Shown in pieces: positions 1-14,500 of a stretch of 64,000 nucleotides of DNA. The first letter of the stretch is position 1; each line of letters opens with the position of its first letter. The DNA is from Proteromonas lacertae (Eukaryota). The position numbers and the translations under genes are program-made. The notes beneath the pieces were generated by a model that saw only the letters and a list, made by a program, of their open reading frames with translations, was not told where the DNA came from and did no database searches. The stretch lies in the NCBI GenBank assembly GCA_002245135.1, contig NGBS01000320.1:1-64000 (forward strand), written 5' to 3'.

Positions 1-2940
1 ACCTTAATAAAACAAACAATTCTTTTAACAATCGATGAAGAAGCAATAACTGATTTAGAAGAAGAAGATGGAGCAGGAAAAGAAGTCACAATCGATAAAT
101 TATCAAAATTGAATGTAAATGTAGATGATATTAAAACTCAATTAAACAAGTTGTTTGTGAATTTAACAATTTCAAAATCATCGATATTATCAATAGTTGG
201 TGAGACTAATTTCACAGGAATTGCTTGGAGTTGCAGTGAATCTGAAGCTTATGTAAAAGAAGCATCAACAGAGATAGATGTAAGTAAATGTTATAAATTC
301 GTAAATGTAGGAGGTAAATATGGAAGTTATTATGCTTATCCACCAAAGAAACATGTATATGGTACAATGACTATTCAGTCAGCATTGGAAGATACAATTA
401 CCAAGTTAATTAAAGAAATGATTCCAGATAAATTTATTCAAAGTATGGCATTAGGATTTATAAACAATTACTTCCTGGTCTTAATGTAATTGCAAGTGTA
501 GAAGTAGATTATATTCAATCAAAAGATATAACAAAGATTGATATTAAAAAAATAAAAGAGGATACAAGTTTATTATTAACAGAGAATGTTCAATTAATTA
601 CTGGTGTTCTTGATGAATGTATTGATGAAGGTGTTAGAATGAATGAAGCAATTAACATTGAACAATTAATAAGGATGGCTAATTGTTTTATTAAACAGAA
701 TTCAACAAATGTCAATACAGTAGTTACTTTAATGAGTATGTTTATTACAATACCAAACAATATAACTGTAAGTATGGATAATATTACTCAGTTTTTACCA
801 ATGGCTGCTGAATATTTTGACGGTTTATATTTGAATAAAGAAAAGAAGGTAACTTTAATGGTTGATGTAGGTGATGATGCTACAATCAAAGCAGTTGGAG
901 AAGAATTTAATTGTTCTACTATACCAGATAGATACTTATTAGGATATAAAATATATTCCAATGCCAAAGTTAAATATAATGATACCTAAAGAGTTGTTTG
1001 AGATAATGCCATTTACACATATTACACTAGTTCAGATAATACTTATCTTGCTATGATTGTAAATTCAACATATGTTAAAAATAAATTACCATCGCCATTG
1101 AATACAGACTATTATAGACTTATTATAGTATGTAAAGTTGAAACAAGCATTGTTGATGGTGAAACAAATTAACACCTGATTCTGTAATGGGAGGAATGTC
1201 ATTTGTTTATGCAATTAATGATGAAGCTGCTAGTAATTTAGCTATAAGAATTGAAAGAGATGGATCAAAGTTTGCATTCAATTATTTAAATTCCATCGAT
1301 ATGACTGAATTTAATTCATATATTATAACTGAATTAGGAAAAGTAACAAAAATTTCAACAAGGACAGCTGATGTTACAAGAGGAGAAAATCAAGAGAAAA
1401 GGTACATTCAAGATAAATGGAGTTCAATATCAAGATTTGGATGTATATTTTGAATATCCACCAGAGGAATTTAAAATTAAGGAAATACCATTTAATAAAG
1501 TAGATCCACCAGATGCAAAACCATTGCCAAGAGATAAATGTTATTTATTCAAAGCTAACGGAGGTGAATTGGTGATTATTATGTTGATATTCAAAATGGA
1601 ACTGTGAAAGGAGGAATATCAATTGATAATGTATTAAAGACTTTAGGCCGATGTTATTCCTCCAATGGTGAGTAGTATGTTTTCATTTGAAGATATATTT
1701 GCTTGGGCTGAGTATATATTGTATAGATTTATCATTTTTATAGAGTAAAATTAGATTATATTGACCATGAAAATCTAACTAAGATTATGTAACAGAAATA
1801 TTAGAATCAACATATATTCAATTCACTGGGATTGAAACAAATGCCATAGTAGAAACACTATCAAAAGTTTCTCCCAGAATTTAGGTTTACTAAATAAAAC
1901 CAATTTATTTAAGTGCATTCTTGAAGAATATTGGTGGTCTTCTTGAAACAGTAAAACAGTTTTTACCTCCAGATATAACAATTCCAGATGGACCATTAGG
2001 AATTAGATAATATAACTCAATTCTTACCAATGGCTTATGAATATTTTGAAGGAATGTATTGGTCGATATAAGAAACAAAGCTGAATTCACTGTTGTAGCT
2101 GACAATACTGTTGTTTAATGCAATAGGTAAGGTGATTAATTGTTCAATTACTCCATCAACAGGATTAAAAGAAACAATTCCATTAGATAATTATGTTTTT
2201 TCAATTAGAAATAATCTTCCAGAACTTAAAGGTATATATGTATTAAATGGAATGGATCAACTAGAGAAGAAAAGAAAAATAAGAGTAAAATTAAACTGTA
2301 GTGATTATCCTGATTTATTACCAGAATCAATGAAAGATTTAAATTGCTATATTAGAATAGATTATGATGCAAATTCTATTACATATGATGATTATACAAG
2401 GATAGTAATTCAAAAGTACAGCAAAGTTCCTTTTGATAAAAAGAAGTCTGTTATAACAGTAGAACCAAGAGATGATAATGCATTAGAAAAAATGAAATCA
2501 ATTTTAGATAAGACAAATCCAAATGAAGTACTAGAACATATATGTGATTCAGTTGAATATAATTCGTTTATTGATTTAACAAATGTTGAAGATAGTAAAA
2601 AGGATGAAGAAGCTGAGAAAATATTAGGAAATGTTTATGATGGTTTATCTACAAATATGTCAGTTGTTTTGGAAGAGTTGAATTGAAATATGCAAATATT
2701 GTAGTAAATAATACAGGAAGAGTAAATTTGAAGAATGATAAATTAAAGAATGTTATTGTATGGTCAACAGTTTATGAAGCTCCAGAATTAGATTGTAATT
2801 ATGTTATACCTCCATATAATGGTGATGATGGAAGTGAAGATGGAGATGGAGATGGAAATACATCTAATGAAGGTAGTTCAGTTTTTATCTCATATTTCTT
2901 TGGATTAATAATGATTATATTAACAACTGCTTTTATGTGA
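1..2940 (+). pseudogene. Fragmented large surface protein, 5' truncated by the window edge, with a GPI-signal-like or TM C-terminus
   Basis: A chain of + strand ORFs (109-489, 639-989, 1187-1607, 2111-2686, 2683-2940) with coding-like sequence between them, joined by frameshifts and several in-frame stops. It ends in an acidic spacer plus hydrophobic tail (DDGSEDGDGDGNTSNEGSSVFISYFFGLIMIILTTAFM). No family recognised. Confidence 0.5.
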
Positions 2941-3040
2941 TAAACTATATAGTAATGTTTTTCTATGTTGTTGTTTTTATATAATAATGAAATAACAAAA
3001 ACTATTTTAAAAATCATAGAATGCAAATAAAAATGGTAAA

Positions 3041-3988
3041 TTAATTATTTCTTACAACATTTCCATTTGGTTGATTGTAATTATTTCCATTATTCATATT
3101 ATTATTTACCATACCATTATTATATTGATTTTGATTCATATTTTGATTATTTAAATTATTAGCTGAATTTACAACAGCAGGATTTTGAATCTGCGCATTT
3201 TGGTTGTATTGTTGTTGATATCCATTATTTACGTTATTAACAACATTATTCATCCCATTGTTATTCTGAAAAGCAATATTTTGAGTAGGTTGTTGTTGAT
3301 ATTGTTGTTGTTGTTCATTAAACTGAGGTTGATTATTATTATTATTATTATTATTATATTGTTGCTGTTGTTGATGATTATTTTGTGGTTGATAAGGTTG
3401 AATCCTATTAATATTTACTTTATATGGATGAGTTGGATATTCAATAGGTGGACTTATAGTAGGTCGATGTATACTCATATGACTTTGCTGGTATTGTTGA
3501 TTTTGATTCATATTCTGTTGATTAACATTGACATTTTGTTGATTCTGATAGTTTTGTTGATAAACTGCACCTGATGAAACTGTTGGATTTACCATTGCAT
3601 TTTGACTATTATTTTGTTGAATTGCATTGTTGGTTGGATTGTAAGCAGAAGAACTTGTTGGTTGGTTATAGACAGCATTAGTAGGAGAAACAGTTGGTGC
3701 AATGAATGAAGTAGGTGGAACTGTAGTTGGTGGTACGGTAGTTGGCTTTATAGTTGTAGGAGGAACAGTTGTTGGAGGAATTGTAGTAGGTCTCAATGTT
3801 GTTGGAGTATATGTTGGTGAATGATATTGCTTATATTCTGAATATCTTCTTCCTCTTAAAGCAGTTTTTCTTTCGTCATATTCAGCTGAGGAAGATTCCG
3901 AATAGTCTGAACCTGGTGCTATACCAAAAGCTACAGCAAGAAAGAACAAAGAACCAATAAATACGCAAAATAACAATTGGGTTAACAT
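3041..3988 (-). CDS. Secreted or surface low-complexity protein (PTT mucin-like repeats plus Q/N-rich tail)
   Basis: Intronless ORF with ATG at 3988. Hydrophobic N-terminus MLTQLLFCVFIGSLFFLAVAFG, about 7 PTT(V/I/L)P-type repeats, then a Q/N-rich region. Confidence 0.75.
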   Translation of the reverse strand: MLTQLLFCVFIGSLFFLAVAFGIAPGSDYSESSSAEYDERKTALRGRRYSEYKQYHSPTYTPTTLRPTTIPPTTVPPTTIKPTTVPPTTVPPTSFIAPTVSPTNAVYNQPTSSSAYNPTNNAIQQNNSQNAMVNPTVSSGAVYQQNYQNQQNVNVNQQNMNQNQQYQQSHMSIHRPTISPPIEYPTHPYKVNINRIQPYQPQNNHQQQQQYNNNNNNNNQPQFNEQQQQYQQQPTQNIAFQNNNGMNNVVNNVNNGYQQQYNQNAQIQNPAVVNSANNLNNQNMNQNQYNNGMVNNNMNNGNNYNQPNGNVVRNN

Positions 3989-4098
3989 TATATTCAAAAA
4001 AAAAGAAATTTCAATAATTCAAACAATCAACAGTTGTTTATTGTATTTCATAAAAACAACATCAATAAAGTCAATAAAGTCAATAATCTATAATATAT

Positions 4099-5553
4099 TT
4101 ACTCTTGTGAAGTAAATTGATCTTCCAAGTTTTGATAAGTCTGTCCAATATTATTCAAATCACTCTTTAAAGAACATATCTCTTCTTGACATATATCAAC
4201 ACATGTTTTCAATTGTCTATTTGCTTTCTATTCATATAATAATATAAAATAATAATAATAATACTTCTTTCGCTTCAACTAATTTAGACAAATCATAATT
4301 CTTCAATTTAATATCTTCACATTCTTTTGTCAAATCATTAATGGTTTTATTCAATCTTGATATTTGATCATCTCTCTCTTTAATAGTCTTTTGTATTTCT
4401 TCTATTTTATTAACATACATTTCAAGTTCTTCTTGAGTTTGGTTTTTATCATCAGCAAGTGTTTGAAAACTTGTTTCTAATGTTTCAATTTGATTGGATT
4501 TATTCTCATATTGCGATTTATAATAACTCAAATTACTAGCTAATTCTCTACTTGTATCACTTAAACTATTACATTCTTTTTCATATTTAATCAACTGTTG
4601 TTCTTGTTTATTATTGATGGTTGATAATTCAGTGATCTTTTCTTGTAACGACTTATTCTGCTCTTTTAACACTAATAAATTACAGTCTTTAGTTTCACTT
4701 AATAGTTTTAAGTTATTGTTATTGTTGATAATATTATCACTCTTTTCTTTTAGTTGTTTTATAGTGATGTCTTTATCTTCTAGTTCATTTGACATATCAT
4801 TTAATTTTTCTTTCATTTCTTCATTCTCTTGTACTAAATCTGTTACTTTTTCTTTTACTGTTTTTATTGTTTCATTCAAAGATTTCTATATATAAATTAT
4901 ATATATATTATATACTATTTTATTATCTTTTATAGTAATATTTTGAGTCAATTCTTCCATCAAAGCTTTTGTATTTGTCAATTCAATTTCAGTTTGTGAT
5001 AATTTCTGTTGCATTTCAATCATTGATGATTTTAACTTATCCGATTGATCATTCATTTGTAATAACTTTATAGAATCATCTTTTTCTGCTAACATCTGTT
5101 TATAGTCATTTATTTGTTTTTCTAAATCATTCTAAACAATAATAAAATAATATAACATATATATATAATACATTACTATTTTGTACTTCATTCAATTTTG
5201 ATTCTAATTCTGATATAATAGTCATATTGTTGTTATTTTCTTCTTTTAATTTAATACATTGATTCTTTATATCATCAATGTGATTGGATGATTTACCAAT
5301 ACCATTCTTTAATCTTTTATTCTCTAATTCTAAACTATTTACTTCATCTTTTAATTCAGATATTTCTTTTTCATATTTCACTTCTTGTTTTTTCAATTGT
5401 GTTTCTAACTTTATTCTTATCTCTTCTTTGAAGATTAATTTTTCATTTAAATTGGAGATATTATCTTGTAATTCTGATATAGAGTTATTTAAATGATTGG
5501 AATTGTCAGTTTGTTCGATGTTCTTCTGTTGTAATTCCATTGATACTTCATTC

Positions 5554-5584
<31 letters not shown>

Positions 5585-6330
5585 TACATATTTAGTTAAT
5601 AATTTATTATATTCATCATTTAATTCTTCAATTTTCTGTTCATATTCTTCAATCTTTTCATCATTATCACTATTATTATTATTAATTCTCATTTGTTGCT
5701 CTTCTTTCATAACTTTTTGTATTTCATTATATTTACTTAACAATGATTCATAATTACTTCTCATCTTATCAATTGTATTATTCAAATTCTCTATTTCTTC
5801 TTCATATTCATTCTTTGTATCTTCAGAATATGATAAATTATTCTCTACTAAATAAGAGATATGAGGATAAATAACGTATTTAATATTTTGAATATCATTG
5901 CTTTGATAATCATTATTAAAACTGTTGTTTAGATTATTATTATTGTTCATCATATGAGTATTATTTTCATCATCTTCATATTCATTCATTTCATCATAAT
6001 CATTATCTAATTTTGAATTTGTTCTCTGAGATTCAAATGATACATCTTCAGACTAATTATATTTATAAATAATAATAATAATATATATATAATATATACG
6101 ATATTAATATGAAGTTGACTATTCTCCTGTTTGAGTTGTTCTATTAATGATTTATATTTATTCAACTGTTTCTGTAACTTCTGCAATTTTCTTTGTGATG
6201 TGGTTAATTGAGTATTATATCTTGATAATAGATATTGTAAATTCCTCTTTTCTTCTAATATATTTTCTATCTGAGTTTTGTAGGATTGGATATGATCTGG
6301 ACTGGATATTGTACCAGTTGTAGATATCTA

Positions 6331-6363
<33 letters not shown>

Positions 6364-9300
6364 ATACTCTATTATTCTTCAGCTTTTCTTTCAATTTCTT
6401 ATTCGCTTCAGTTAATTTCTTTATTTTCTTTTCATATTCATTCATCTTTGTGTCTATATCAGTATTTACTATCTCTGGAATATCTTCATTATTCTAATAA
6501 TATAAATATATAATATATAAAATAAAATACTAAGAAATCTTCATTGGTTGATATTTCCATATTCATTGAACTGAATTCATTATTATTGTTATTATTATTA
6601 TATCTAACTAATTGATCCTTCAAATTACTATTCTCTTCTTCTAATTTACTAATTATCATATTTTTATCGTTTAATTGAGTGATTAAGGATTGTTCATGCT
6701 CTGTTGATTTACTCTCTAAGTAGCTATGTTCAAATACATCACTTTCTAACTCTAAATTCTCACTTTGTAGTTGATTAATCTCATTTTGTAATGTTTCGAT
6801 GGTATTTTCGTATGAAGCTAATTTAGATTGCAAATCATCAATTGCTTGTTTATTCTAAATAATTATAAATACAATATTAATACAGTCTTAGATGTATTTG
6901 GACTTAATGCTGAAGTATTGGCTTGTTCTCTCAAGCCATTCAATTGTTGTGATAATAAATCATTGTGATTCTTTAACTCTTTCAGTAGATTATTATAGTC
7001 TTTGATTTTACCAGTATTACTTTCTTTATTTCTCCTATTATATTCTTCCTTTGAATCTTCTTTTGAATCATCTTTACTTTCATTCTTCTTTATTGCTACT
7101 CCTGGTGATAGTATACTGTCAATTTGGTATTCAGATGTATTTAATGGATTTTGTCTTATCTCATCTGTCTTTGTGTTATAACTAAATTCGATTGGATGTT
7201 TATTTGCTTGAGTAATTGTAATATGGAAGTTATCAGGAGTGTCAACATTATTGATATTCACTGTTTGAGAAGATCTATTACCATCACCACTGGATTCACT
7301 ATAATTTTGAAGTTCATTCTGTAATTTCACTGTTAAAGCTTTCAAAACTTGATTCTCTTGCTCTAATGCAGACATATTGCTTAATTTATCTTCGAAATCC
7401 TTTTCGATTGAGTTTATCTTCCTTATTAGCTGTTCATTATTTTCTCGGAATTGTTTCAATACATCATTATTGGCATCACCTTGACGTATCTGTATTAATG
7501 AATTCTGTTTTTTTAATTGCTTGTTTTCATTTGTTAATGAGGATATCTTTGATTTCATTTGATCTGTCATTTCTTGATTCTTCTATTGATACAATTAATT
7601 AAATATAAATAAATAAAATGTCATAAACAGGAAAATAAAGGATAGTTATAAAGAAAAAAAGAAAAACAGATTCACAATGTCGAACTTTCAGCTTGTGCAA
7701 AATGATTTTGCATTTTTAAAAGTTCATTGTGAAAGAGTTGAGTTATAGTTTCGTATAGTATATTTATACCAATATTGCTTCATTATCATCTGCAAGAATT
7801 CCTTGTAATCTCATATTTTCACCTTCCAAGTCATTATACTTGTTGAGTAATATTCTGTAATTGGTTTCATATTCTGTTGATTTCTTACTAGCATCATAAT
7901 AACTGTTTTCTAATGAACTCTTGGATTTTGTTAGATCTTGTATATCTTTCTGTAAATCCAAATTTTGTTTAGTAAGATTAGAGTTTTCATTAGACAACTC
8001 TTCAATATTTTGTTTAGAATCAAGTAAATCTTTATTCAAATCACCATTTGACTTTCTCAACTGATTTATCTCTTCTTCCATTCTCAATATCTCCTCTTTA
8101 TATTGCACCAATGAATCATTCAATATTTTCTCAGATTCATTCATCTTATCCAACTTATCTTGCAATTCATTCGCTTCATCCATATAAAAGGATATATTAT
8201 TATTACTATCATTCAATTTACTATGTAACTGATCATTCTCATTCTCCAACAACACTTTCTTCTCAGAATAAGAGTTTCTAATCTCTTCTAAGCTTTCTTC
8301 ATATTTTCTATTCAATTCTTCAATGCTTTGTTCATATTGATCCTTTGATTCACTTAACTCTTCTCTAAGTGATTTAATTTGTTCTTTATATTGCGAAACT
8401 AATTCATTAATCTTTGTATCATTTAATGTTTTCATTACTTCTTTATCTTCTTCATTCTGTTTGATTATATTCTTTAATTCTTCAATTGTGGATTTATATT
8501 GTAAAATATTTTGATTATTTGTTCGGATTAATTGCTTGTCTTTTTCAGATTGGACTAATAAATTATCTCTTTCATTCTATATATATATAACATAATAAGA
8601 TAATTATATAATATACTTGTAAGCTTGTCATTTGATTGTTCAAATTATTAATTCTTTCATCATAATTCTCAGCCAATTCTTGCAACTTTGTGGGTAAAGA
8701 TTTGTTATAACTATTCATTTGATTCATTAATGTAGAGTTCTGTGATTTCAATTGGTTAATTGTTAATTGTAATGACTCACAAGTTGTTTTATTATCATCT
8801 TCCATTGCAGAGAGTTGTGCTTCATATAATTCCTTCTGTTTTGATAATTCTAATTGATGTTGTTTTTGGAATTCATTGGTTAGTGTTAAGATATCAGTTC
8901 TTACTTGTTGTAATTCTTTTGATAAATCTCTTGTCTTGTTCATATCCTCAGTATGTTCGTTTTTGAGATCTTTTATAGTTGATTCATATTTCGATTTCAT
9001 TATTTCATTCTTTTCTTTTAAATCAGCTATTTCTTTCTTGTGATTATTCTATTAATATTAATAATTAATAATATACTCTAGTTTCGTTGATTTCTCTATT
9101 GATAGTTTGTATTTTACCGTTTAATATTTCAATTTGTTTTCCTCTTTCTAATATTTGATTGTCTAAATCGGAGATTGTTTTATTCTTTTTATTGATATCA
9201 TCATGTAGACTTGTTATTGTCTTTTCAAATTCATTTGTTAATGCTTGTTTCTCATCCATCTATATAATTAACTATATTTAAAATATACTATTTGTTTTTC

Positions 9301-11441
9301 CAATTGTTTATTACTATTATCATATTTCTTTATATTCTCTTTCAATTGACTTATTTCGTTCTTTAACTTCATATTGTCACTAGTTATCTTTTCATTGTTA
9401 CTACTCATTTCATCTATTTTTGACTGTAATTCATTCATCTTTGATAGTAATTGATGAGTTTCATTTCCTTGATTTTGTAATTTCTTCTATATAAATACAA
9501 TTATATATATATATATATATATATATACAGCTAAATCAGTGTTTTGTTGTAATGTATTGTTATATTTATTAGTCAATTCAGAGATCTTCTTTTCTTGAAT
9601 CATTCCCATTTCTACTTTCTTTTGTATTTCATTCTATTAATAATAACATATAATTATATATATATATACTCTCAAGTTGTTGATTGTTTCAAGTTGTTGT
9701 TGAATAATATCTTTGGATTTATCTTCTTTCTATACATTATATATTATATAATTATACAATAGCTTGTGTAAGATGAATATTTTGGTTTTGTATCATCTCA
9801 TTATTACGTTTATATTCATCTAATTCATCAGAAATATGTTGATAATCTAATCTCAATTGCTTTAAAAACTATAAATAGCATCATAATAATTATTAATTAA
9901 TACTTTTTCATTCTGTTTCAAAGAGTCATTTAATGATGTTATTTCATTTTGAGATTGAATATTTTCATTCTAATCATATAATAATAATATAAAAAACAAA
10001 AATATATATATATTATACACTCAATATATCATTCTCATTCTTCATAGTCTGATATTCATTACGTAATCTCTCTATTTCTTCATTATAATTGTCTTTTATG
10101 TCATTCATTTTATTCTCATATTCCTCAGATATCTTCTGCATTGACTGTAAATTCTTATTCTCATTATTTTCCATCTCTTTAATATGATTGGACAATTTCA
10201 TATTCTCATTTTTTATTATATTTAATTCATGATTGTAAGATGATTTTATTGAGTTTAATTCCTTTGTAAATTGTTCTTCCATTCTTTTCATAGAGTTTAA
10301 GTTATCTTCCCCTTGTAATTTCATGTTTTTCATTATTTCTTCCATCTTTCTAACTTCATTTTTATACTTTTCATTCTCTTCTTCTAATTCTTTTACTTTA
10401 TTCTATATATATATAATAATATAATAATTTAATATTACAATTAAACCTGTATTTTCATTTATTTCACTCTCTAATTCCTCACTTCTTTCCTGTAATAGTT
10501 CCTTCAATTCATTGTTTTTTCTTTTATTATTCTCATATTTATCATGTAAGAGGTTATAATCATTCACTACTTTCTCATTCTCTTCCTCTAAGTTGTTATA
10601 TATATTCATTAACTCATCATATTTGTTATTACTATTACTCTTTAATTCCATATTCTCTTTTTCTATCTTTTTTTTCTCTTCTTTTAATTTCTTCATCTCT
10701 TTTTTGTTATTGTCATTTTCTTCTTCTAATTCTTTGACTTTTCAGTGTTCATTTCTTCTAAAGATTTGTTGTTATTTGCACTTTTGCTTATTAAATATTG
10801 ACAATAATCTATATGCTTCTCTGATACAATCTCGCATTTAATTAATTTCCTAATTTCATGAGTTTCTTTACAGTAGTTATTGATATGGTTTTGGAGTTCC
10901 ATTTTCATATGTTTTGCATCATTTCTCTCCTTTTCTAAGATTAATTCATTCTCGTGAAGCAACTCCTGTAATTTAATTGGATCAGATGAGCTATTTATTG
11001 GATAGAGAGTTTTATTCATACTTATAATTCTTTACTAGACGATTTACTCCAATATCTCCTTCACTGTTGTATAAATAACTCACTCTACGAGAAGGAATTG
11101 CAGAATTTGTTGCGCTGTGAAGAAATTCAGATACAGTTGAGAGAGTGTCTTTTTGACTGTTCAATTCTTCTGTTAATACACTTCGTTGGCTACTTACATT
11201 CTCATAGCTCAATTCAGCCTGCCTTTCGAGAATTTCGCTCCTCTTCAACGATATTCTGCATAACATATATTTATTAATTATATACTCTAACACTAGATGA
11301 ACTAGATTTGCTTAAAGACGGATCTATAACTAATAGACATATTAACATACAATATCCTCTACCACTATTCAATTTATTGTCAATACTCTTGGCTTTTAAT
11401 CTCAAATTCGAAGCAAAATCATCCTCCATACTCTTTTTCAT
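4099..11441 (-). CDS. Giant multi-exon coiled-coil protein (about 2,100-2,200 aa)
   Basis: Consecutive E/K/N/Q/L heptad-rich minus-strand ORFs linked by short GT-AG introns. ATG at 11441 (MKKSMEDDFAS), stop at 4099 (...LEDQFTSQE*). No globular domain recognised. Confidence 0.75.
7671..7733 (-). other. Nested stem-loop inside an unusually long (187 nt) intron, 7583-7769
   Basis: Sense strand reads TTCACAATG-AACTTTTA-AAAA-TGCAAAAT-C-ATTTTGCA-CAAGC-TGAAAGTT-CGA-CATTGTGAA, giving three stacked helices. The intron GT(7769)...AG(7583) joins the flanking exons in phase 0. Confidence 0.6.
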
Positions 11442-11517
11442 TTCTTAAAATTCAAATTGTTAGAAACGCATCTATTTTGTTAATTATTGGGACAAAAACA
11501 AAACGATCAAAATTTCA

Positions 11518-14500
11518 TTAATAAATGGGTTTATTTATACATATTGTTATATTCCTTTTTTTTATCTAATTTTCTCACATTTTCTGGTTTAATTCCATAT
11601 CTAATCACACTTCCTACTTTTAAACTAAATTCATTTTTGAGATTATCATAATCATTTATTGTTGCTTTAATCCATTGTTCTTTTCTATCATACATTAAAT
11701 ATACTTCTACTTCTTCATTTATATAATATTCAATATTTCTTCTTTACTATCTTCTACTTTCTTTTCTTCTTCAATTTTCTTTAGACCTTTCTCATTAATA
11801 TCTTTTGCATAGTAAAACTTACCTTCATTTTCAATGTATATTATATATGTTTTATCACCTGTTATTGAATGAATAAATCCATTTTGATTTTGATATTTTA
11901 TTCTATCATTTATTTCATATTTATGGTTTATTATTGTTTTAGGTGATAATTCTTCTTCTTTCACTTTATAAGATACTGAAGGATATTTACTAAAAGTCTC
12001 TAAATCATATAAATTGTTATTATAATGAACAAATATCACTTTATAAGTTGTTCTATCTTTTATAACAACATCCTCAATATTATATTTGTTAGTCATTCTC
12101 AATGAATCTCTTCTTATTCTTTCCAATAACACATTTTCTTCATATCTTTTATCATCACATAATATTGAATAATATTTATCTTCTTCTTGTACTTTTGTTA
12201 TTCTTCCTTTTTCTCCTTTTATATCCATTATTCTATCGCCAATAGTGAATAATGTATTTGAATCATTATATGGATGAATATTATCCTCATTCACATATTT
12301 ATAATCATTATCATCATATAATATTCCATATTGTAATTCATATTGAGATTGATCATTTAGTTTATATCTTATCTCATTTATTTTACCTTTATAAAAATTC
12401 TTTCCATAATTTGCTGAGACTGTCATTCCAATTCTATAATTATAATCTTTGCACAACAGTAAATTATCATGTAATATATTTTCATAACAACGTCTATTAT
12501 CTGTAATTGAGTAAGTCCCATTTTCATTAATTGATGTAATATTTCCTATTGTTATTAATTTTCCATCAAGAATTAACATTACTTCATCATTCATCTTTAA
12601 TTTTGACATACTAATCATATATTCAGGAATATTATTAAGAAAATATTTATTTAACAATAATATATCATATGTATTATTTCGACTATAAGATAATACAATT
12701 CCTGGTAAGATACAATTCTCATTGAAATGAATATTCACTTTAGTAAAAATACTATAACTCTTATTTAAATATGGATGAACATTTGAATAACTAACTAATT
12801 TATCACTTGAATAGTCTGATGAAACAGATAGTGAACTATTATTAACTTCACTAATCACACCTTTATTCCATTTGTATTTTGCATCTATATTCTCTCTGTA
12901 TAACACTTCATCTCCTTTTTGATATTGATTTTCATATAAAAAATCATTTATATCCATTCTCTTTATATATTCAATTTCTATTATTGGATTATTCAATTTT
13001 TCATTATAACCATATATATATCCATTCTGTTTTTCATTACTAAATATTACATTACACGTAGTTGATATTATATCTTTAGTTTCAATAATTTCTACAACAT
13101 CCATTATTTTGTATTTGGTTTTAAATGAAGGATTATATTTATTCATCTTCAAATTTGATTTACTAATATCATTGAATATATATTGATTGTTATAATTAAC
13201 ACTAATTTTATCTTCAATTCTTACTATTTGAACATCACATTCCCTATTATCAAATTTTAATCTACAATAATCACCAATTTTAACTGTCTTAGTAAAAAAT
13301 AAAAATCCATCATCTTCTTTCTTAAGATTTGTCTTTTGATCTTTTGCCATTTCAATATTATTTTCTTTTACATTGAAATCATATCCACCATCTTCATATG
13401 TAATATTATAACTCCCATCTGCATTTATTCCATTAATTATTCCTTTTCTTTTCTTTTCACTTTGTTTTAACAACTCTTTTCATTTATTCCTTGATTTATT
13501 GTATTTGTTTTAAATGAATATATATCGAATAATTTGTTTTTGTCATTCTGATCTAGAATTACTCCATAACTATCTCTTATCTTATCATATATAATATCTC
13601 CAATTTCCCATTTTAATTCTTTAAATGTATTTTCTATATTAGAATTGTTTGTTTTAATTGTATTGAATAGTGGATTATTCTGTAAATTCATAAATATATT
13701 CTATAATAAAATAGTAATAAAAAAATACATTAACTTCATTCTTTATCTTTTCATAATCTGAATAATGTAATGATTGTTTTGCTAATTCTTTTTTATATTC
13801 TTCTAATTTTAGTTTAGTATTATCATCTAATATTTCCTTGTAAGATACTACACACCTCTTTAACTGTTTCTAAATAATCCAATGATTTATATTTCGTATA
13901 TTCTACATCTATTTCATCCAATCCTTTCACCAATTCTTCAATATTTCTATTCTCTTTTATCATTCTTTCATATTTACTTGTATCTATTGAAGTTTTACAT
14001 CCTTTACATCTCATTCTATTCATATTATAGTATTTATTGAATAATATACATAAATTCTTTTATTTTAGATATAATATCATCAACACATTTCAAAATAGAT
14101 TTGTAAGTCTAAAATGTTATATTTATTTAATATATATACATTTATACTCTCACATTTCTCTTTCAGTCTATTTTTCTCTTTATCATATTCCTTTTTTGTT
14201 AATAATATCATTTTATCTTCAATTCTTTCGTCTTTTTTGATTTTTGGATATTGTCCTGTTTTTATAATAGCAAATCCATAGTAGTTCAATAATTCTGATG
14301 TATTTTCATCTATTACAATATATTCCCATTCTGAAGATTGTATTTCATTCATTAAATCCACATAAGCAAAACTATTTATATTATATCAATGAAATATAAT
14401 ACTATTGTGCTTCATATTCATTTCTAGCAATTGATATCTCTTGAATTCTTTGATTCTCTTTTATTATCTCATTTTCATATTTGAATATTTCATTATAATA

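Noticed and set aside
3185..3574. Hydrophobic ORFs antisense or out of frame to real genes (also 4614-4895, 56660-56983, 59340-59858, 60635-61105, 62561-63217)
   Set aside because: These are shadows of N/Q/K/E/T-rich low-complexity coding sequence on the other strand or frame.
4062..4086. TCAATAAAG tandem repeat between genes
   Set aside because: Fewer than three units of a 9-mer in AT-rich DNA, with no evidence of function.
7671..7733. SECIS element (ATGA...AAA...GA pattern in the intronic hairpin)
   Set aside because: The GA positions fall in a Watson-Crick helix and bulge rather than a tandem G-A quartet, the element is intronic, and no in-frame UGA selenoprotein is nearby.
4099..11441. 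Myosin, SMC or kinesin assignment for the coiled-coil gene
   Set aside because: No motor or ATPase motifs were found, only generic heptads.
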